From Phoronis australis (Eukaryota > Animalia > Phoronida), in assembly GCA_002633005.1 (NCBI GenBank), contig NMRA01000280.1, positions 140,080-204,079 on the forward strand: a DNA stretch of 64,000 bases, read 5' to 3'. The translations under genes and the position numbers were made by a program. Below the pieces are notes generated by a model. It saw nothing but the letters and a program-made list of their open reading frames with translations. It was not told the origin of the DNA and did no database searches. Positions 59,001-64,000 of this stretch are shown here, one piece after another. Position 1 is the first letter of the stretch, and every line of letters begins with the position of its first letter.

Positions 59001-62000
59001 CCAAACAATGCTAAAAATTGCTGTTCTACCGTTATTATGCTGCAAAATTTGTGAAGCCATCTTGCTGTATAGGCAGTGACCACCGCCTTTAGCTGACCCT
59101 AAGAGACGGTGAAGCTCCTATAGGGCCTTCATACGCCGTAAGCTTTTCAGTGAATTATGCCTCACAATGATTAAAAGATCAAAGTTACACTGTGAAAGGT
59201 ACGTGCTGTGCGTGAAAGGACATCTTAGGAAGACGTCAACATCTTTAATTTCTTTCAACTTCAACAAATTCCCGTAATCAAACTTTTTTCTAGCAGTCCT
59301 TCATTGAGTTGCAAAGTCTAGATATTTTTTACACTGCGCACACTCGTATTTTCACTGCGCCAGCAGTGCGCGCAGTGTTAAAAATGGGCAACTTGGTGAA
59401 AGACTGCTCCAAAAAGTTTGATTACGGGAGTATTTGTTCGAGTTGGAAGGAAATTGAAACATCAGCAACCTCTTGAGGTGTCTCTATATGCACAAAAGGT
59501 ACTTATGTAACAACATCAGTTTGATGTTTTAATCAATGTGAGGCATCATTTGCAGAAAATCTTCCGGTGTCCGAAGGTCCTATAGGAGCCTCACCATTTC
59601 TTAGGGCCAGCTAGGGACAGTAGTCAATGTCTACTTGCAGCACAGCCAACCAGGTTGCTGCATAAAGACTATCGTCAAAATAGAATTTGGAACCAATGTT
59701 TCTTTAGCTTCAGTAGTCCTTAAAATTCCACACCGCATGGGTAGTTCTGCATATCACCTTGTCATGAAACTTACTTCAACTTGTTTAGTTAATGACTGAC
59801 GGGTGAATATCTGAGAGTCAACAGACATTCTTCGCCTTGCTCGCTGCAGCTGTTTAAGTGAAAAACAATCTAACAAACATCATTTTCCTCCTTTTGTAAC
59901 AAAAGAAAAGTCTCGTCGTTTTGCAAACAGTACGCTTGTGACATGGGCACGTGCCATTTGCTATGTTTCTGCAACATCTCTAGGGAGATCTATGATGACG
60001 GCTTCGCAGCAGCAAAATTTGCTCTGAAATTTGGTTTGTTGGTATTGAAATACTAAAAATTTATAATGAAATGAAACCTGTTCAGATAATTTGTTACATG
60101 TATGCAACCTCCAGGAAGAACAGTTGATTGAAGAATCGCCGAAAAAAGAAACTAGCCAATATTTAATGAGCATTGTATTTCATGTTGCTGATAGCCAACG
60201 CATCAAATCGCTCTACAACTTATTATAAGGAGCAGAGCAACGGTATGGTTCTTGTTTTTCTAACATCGTTAAATAAAATAGTACTCGAGGAAGAGTAGTT
60301 TTTAGTTACACTACTTTTTTTATTTGGTCTGTTTTGCCCACCTTGGCGCAAAGCTTTATATTTAGTATTAAGCTTTGCACCAAGGCTACTTGCCTTGATT
60401 ATGCTAAGGTATTGGATAATTACCATAGGTGTAGTATGTTAAATAGAAATTCTGTTCGATGAAATTGTGCAGTATAGTGGAGTGCTGTATTTCTACCTTT
60501 GAATTTTATGTGCAGGCACTGGTATAAGTTGGCATTTCAGGTTCTCGTTTTCAAGTCTGGTTACTGTACAAACGCCCCATTGCCTGAAAAACAACACTAA
60601 ACACTGTAGTGAAGTGACAATCCTCAATGTGTGTGACATTTTGTAAGTGCTGTCTGGGTCATCTGACATGAGATAATGCTGGAATTTGTCTAGTTCAACA
60701 TTTTCAAGAACTTATGTATTACATAGGCCAAAAAAGCATAGTTACTTCAGGTTTGTACCCCAGTTCATTTTAATATCTCTTGCTGCTATTGCCCCTAGAG
60801 TTGAGTAAACAAGGAAAATGTGGATAACTTTTGCTCGTCTCAGATGGGCATTTTAAAAAAACTGCAAGTAAAAAATACTCCTTCACATCATCAGATATCA
60901 AACAACCAGACCAGTAACAACTATGTTTTTTGGCCTTTGTTATGTCTGAACTCTTATCATTTGACATTCAATGTTATGCTGATATTGACTTGCTTTTCCA
61001 CTTCACATTGTAGATCCTGGGCTTTGAAGTAGACACTATCAACTCAGTGCAGTTCTCCAATCACACCGGTATGAGAGTTTCTCTTTGCGTAGTTTCAGGC
61101 CATTTCATCTTATTGTGTGGCTGTCCTACTGTGCTCTTGGTGCCGTCTGATACCTGAGACACTAAATTAGAATCAGCCGTGTTATTTCAACACTAGTCTG
61201 TTACAAACTATTCACCAGAGAACCATCATTGCTCTAGTAAACTTTAATAGGGGAGATTGACAAAGGACCCGCACGATTCCTTTGGTCAGTTGTCACATAC
61301 AGGTAATTTGTAAAATTTCTGGGTCAAACTATTTAATCTGCTGTGATTGAGAAGGCTTCACATCCAATATTTGCAAGTTTGTATTGATTGAAAGGCTGTG
61401 AATGTAAAGCACCCATATACCCCCGTTCAGAGATTTCACAACTCCAACTTTTGTATGTGGCTACATACAATTATAATTTTTGCTGCAACTTGTTCCTGAC
61501 ATAGTTGAGATTAAAAATAGGTAGGACTGAGCATAACAGAGAAGTGATTGCAATCGACATCTCAGTAATTTGACCTTCTAGTCGTGGGCGGTTTTAGGGG
61601 AGTACAGTAAAAATTACTACGAGCATGTCATTTTAGGCAGAATGTGGACAAATTTCCTTCAAAAATTGTGGTTGCGACATCCAAGATTTGCCACATTCTG
61701 TTTGCCAGTCCCAGAGTAGGCTTGTTTTGTCTTCTAACCTTTGACACAGTTAGTGCTAGTTCTGCATGCTATGAAAAATAAAAGGTGCAGTCTCTCTCAG
61801 TGCTGTATTTAATCCAGTGTGGGACATTGGCAAACAGCAAAGCTCTTGGCTAATAACTTGCTGTTGTGACTTTGAGTATCTAGTACTCATTCATGAATTT
61901 CATTCCAGGTTATGGCTCAACGAAAGGTCAAGTGCTGAGTGCTGGCGATATTGAAGATCTTTATGAGGGCCTTAGACACAATGATTTGCTCCACTACTCC

Positions 62001-62013
62001 CATCTACTCACAG
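55952..62013 (+). CDS. PDXK: Pyridoxal kinase, 3'-partial; exons 55952-56044, 61014-61068, 61909-62013
   Basis: [31 protein letters not shown] | [19 protein letters not shown] | [35 protein letters not shown] is the canonical PdxK N-terminus. Junctions are GT-AG and in phase; the gene continues past the window. Confidence 0.96.
56481..58218. mobile_element. Foldback DNA transposon derivative made only of two ~850-bp inverted arms (Sola-like)
   Basis: Arms 56481-57329 and 57357-58218 are reverse complements with a 27-nt spacer. Termini are GGGTC...GACCC and ATTT is duplicated on both flanks. Confidence 0.9.
59070..59633. mobile_element. Older foldback MITE (~560 bp imperfect palindrome)
   Basis: tagctgaccctaagagacggtgaagctcctatagggccttc pairs with gaaggtcctataggagcctcaccatttcttagggccagcta, and tcccgtaatcaaactttt pairs with aaaagtttgattacggga; centre near 59355. 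Confidence 0.85.
61014..61068 (+). CDS. PDXK: PDXK coding exon 2
   Basis: [18 protein letters not shown]; tag / G|gtatga. Confidence 0.96.
61909..62013 (+). CDS. PDXK: PDXK coding exon 3
   Basis: YGSTKGQVL...YSHLLT; cag / G|gtaatg. Confidence 0.95.
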
Positions 62014-63364
62014 GTAATGAGACCATCTGTGGATAGACTGGTCACTCACTCGGTGGCACACCTGCCTTGTGTCCCTTTGGCAGTTTAGTGTTATGGCTAT
62101 AGTGTAGTTATGTGCGAGATAGTGATAGACAGTTATTTTGGCTCCAGATATGGCAAAGTTGATCATTGAGGGTAGTAAGTTATAGTAAAATTTCCTCAGT
62201 TTCAGTCAAAATGTGGAGCAAACGTGTAATATCATTTTGATTCTTAAATTTCTCAACAAAAATAATCGTGAACAAACGTATATTCCTTTGTCAGCTTTGT
62301 TTTTGTTGTGCATCTACAAAAAACCAACATTAGATATAATTTTGAGCATCTACAACAAAATAGTAAGCCGGGTCTTTGAATGAAAAATTTTAAAATGGCA
62401 ATTGTAAGTTTTTGTCGCAAGTTTTATTGTACTGACAGAAATGAAAAGCTCTCATCTGCTTACTTTTCAGTAGGGATCATCAAACTAGTATTTGACTGGT
62501 AAGGTTGTTTGCTTTCCTATCTAACACTTGTGAGATCTTGCCAAAATAGCTTTACCCTGTCTCATAGTCCCATGCAGCTCTAATTAAGTCAAAAGGAAAT
62601 CACAAACTTCAACCTTGAAAAATTTGTTGGGGGGGGGTGAATCTTCTTGTTCAAGCAACCCACAAATGAACTGTATTCGATCTGTACGCAATCAACAAAA
62701 GATTTTCGCAAAATATGAACCGAAACTGGACAGGTTTTAAAGTACATATCACGGGAGTTTTTGATGTTTTGAGTCTGGAGTAAATATCTAACTATGTCTG
62801 AATTGGCATGTATACTTTCTTTATGCGTGGTAACTTGAACTTGTCCAGGAGCAGACCGTGTTTTTATTCCTATATGGATGAATCAACATTATCATGATAG
62901 CGTCTCAATTCTCCCAGTCAACAAACTTGAGCAGCACTTATCAGTTTATCATTAGCCAGCAATGGAGGACATGTTTAATTTTTACGAGGATCCGGAGCGC
63001 TTTCAAAGTGAAACGTGCGATTTGTCTTTTGACATAATCAAAGTTGGTGTAGCTGAGCTAGTTTACTTGAGTGAAAATCTGGATAAAATGATAAGCTGTA
63101 TAATCTATTTGTTTCAATCGATCTTCTTTTTTGTGCTGGGAAAAACATTCTGAGAAATGTGGAATAATAACGCCAATGTAAACTGTAAAGGATTCCATGA
63201 TTACTCATTGACTATATTCTGCTTATGGTCTAACGCACCAGGTTGGTGTTTTTAGCTTAGTGGTAGCATTTGAGCTGTTTGCAAATAACAGGTGAGTGAC
63301 GGGACTTTCAGAAAGGCGACTGGGTTTGATAATGTTAGGAGCTAATAAACCATGTAATAAAATG

Positions 63365-64000
63365 CTTTTATGCGCCCACATATTTATATGTGGACGTATT
63401 ATGCCGTCATGTCTGTCCATCCGTCCAGCATCCGTCCATCTGGCGTCTGCTGCCCTATCTCCAAAACCCTTTGACGTACGTTCATGAATTTTGGCACATA
63501 TGCTCTTTTCATGGATGGGACGGCATGAGCGAACTTTCAGACGGATTCGACTACCGGTGTGCCCCCTAGTGGCAATTTTATTGCACTTACCGCTATATCT
63601 TCAAAGGTCCTCTTCGTATTTTCATAAAAGTTGCATATAGGCATCTATCAGTGAGATGATGCTATCCTTCCGTTTTCGGATGGATTCGATGATGTTTTCG
63701 CCACCTAGTGGCCATTTTTGCTGTTTTCGAGTCTGTTTTTTGGCATCCACCCCTCTATCAAACAAACCGCTCTAAGTATGATTGTGAAAATTGTCATGTA
63801 TGTTTTTACCATGTAGAGGATGGCTGAGGATGATTTTCCAATGATTTCATCAACTGTGACGCCTCCTAGTGGCAGTTTTGTTTTTTGTACCCATGGCTGT
63901 ATCTCCTAAACCGTTGATAGGATCTTTACTAAATTTAGCTAGTGTATTTTTGTTCATAACGGATGACAACAACTTTCGGACGGATCTAACTACCAGTGTG
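63365..64000 (+). mobile_element. Helentron/DINE-1-like non-autonomous element, truncated by the window end
   Basis: 5' inverted motif atgcgcccacata-tt-tatatgtggacgtat, a (GTCC/ATCC)n tract, then ~140-150 bp periodic units containing ttcggaYggattc...ccYcctagtggc. Confidence 0.65.

Overview
AT-rich, intron-rich eukaryotic (animal, probably invertebrate bilaterian) genomic DNA; the species cannot be determined from the sequence. Four spliced protein-coding genes were reconstructed by hand from GT-AG junctions and exon phase. (1) The 3' part of a synaptotagmin-like Rab27-effector gene (SYTL4/5 / bitesize type, + strand, tandem C2A-C2B, stop at 17615). (2) A complete PRMT3 (- strand, 10 coding exons, 521 aa). 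(3) A complete VEPH1/melted (+ strand, 12 coding exons, 749 aa, C-terminal PH domain). (4) The first three coding exons of pyridoxal kinase PDXK (+ strand). SYTL and PRMT3 are tail-to-tail; PRMT3 and VEPH1 are head-to-head. Introns hold many non-autonomous elements: a 1.74-kb foldback with ATTT target duplication, Helentron/DINE-1-like elements, TTAA- and TA-flanked MITEs and tRNA-derived SINEs. The most unusual observations are a 39-bp in-frame minisatellite that multiplies the VEPH1 exon-2 splice donor nine times, a triplicated stop-codon segment of SYTL, a palindromic two-way poly(A) signal between the convergent genes, and candidate upstream spliced exons of PDXK. A 555-bp duplication around the single N is probably an assembly artefact. 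Family assignments rest on recalled motifs, not database searches.
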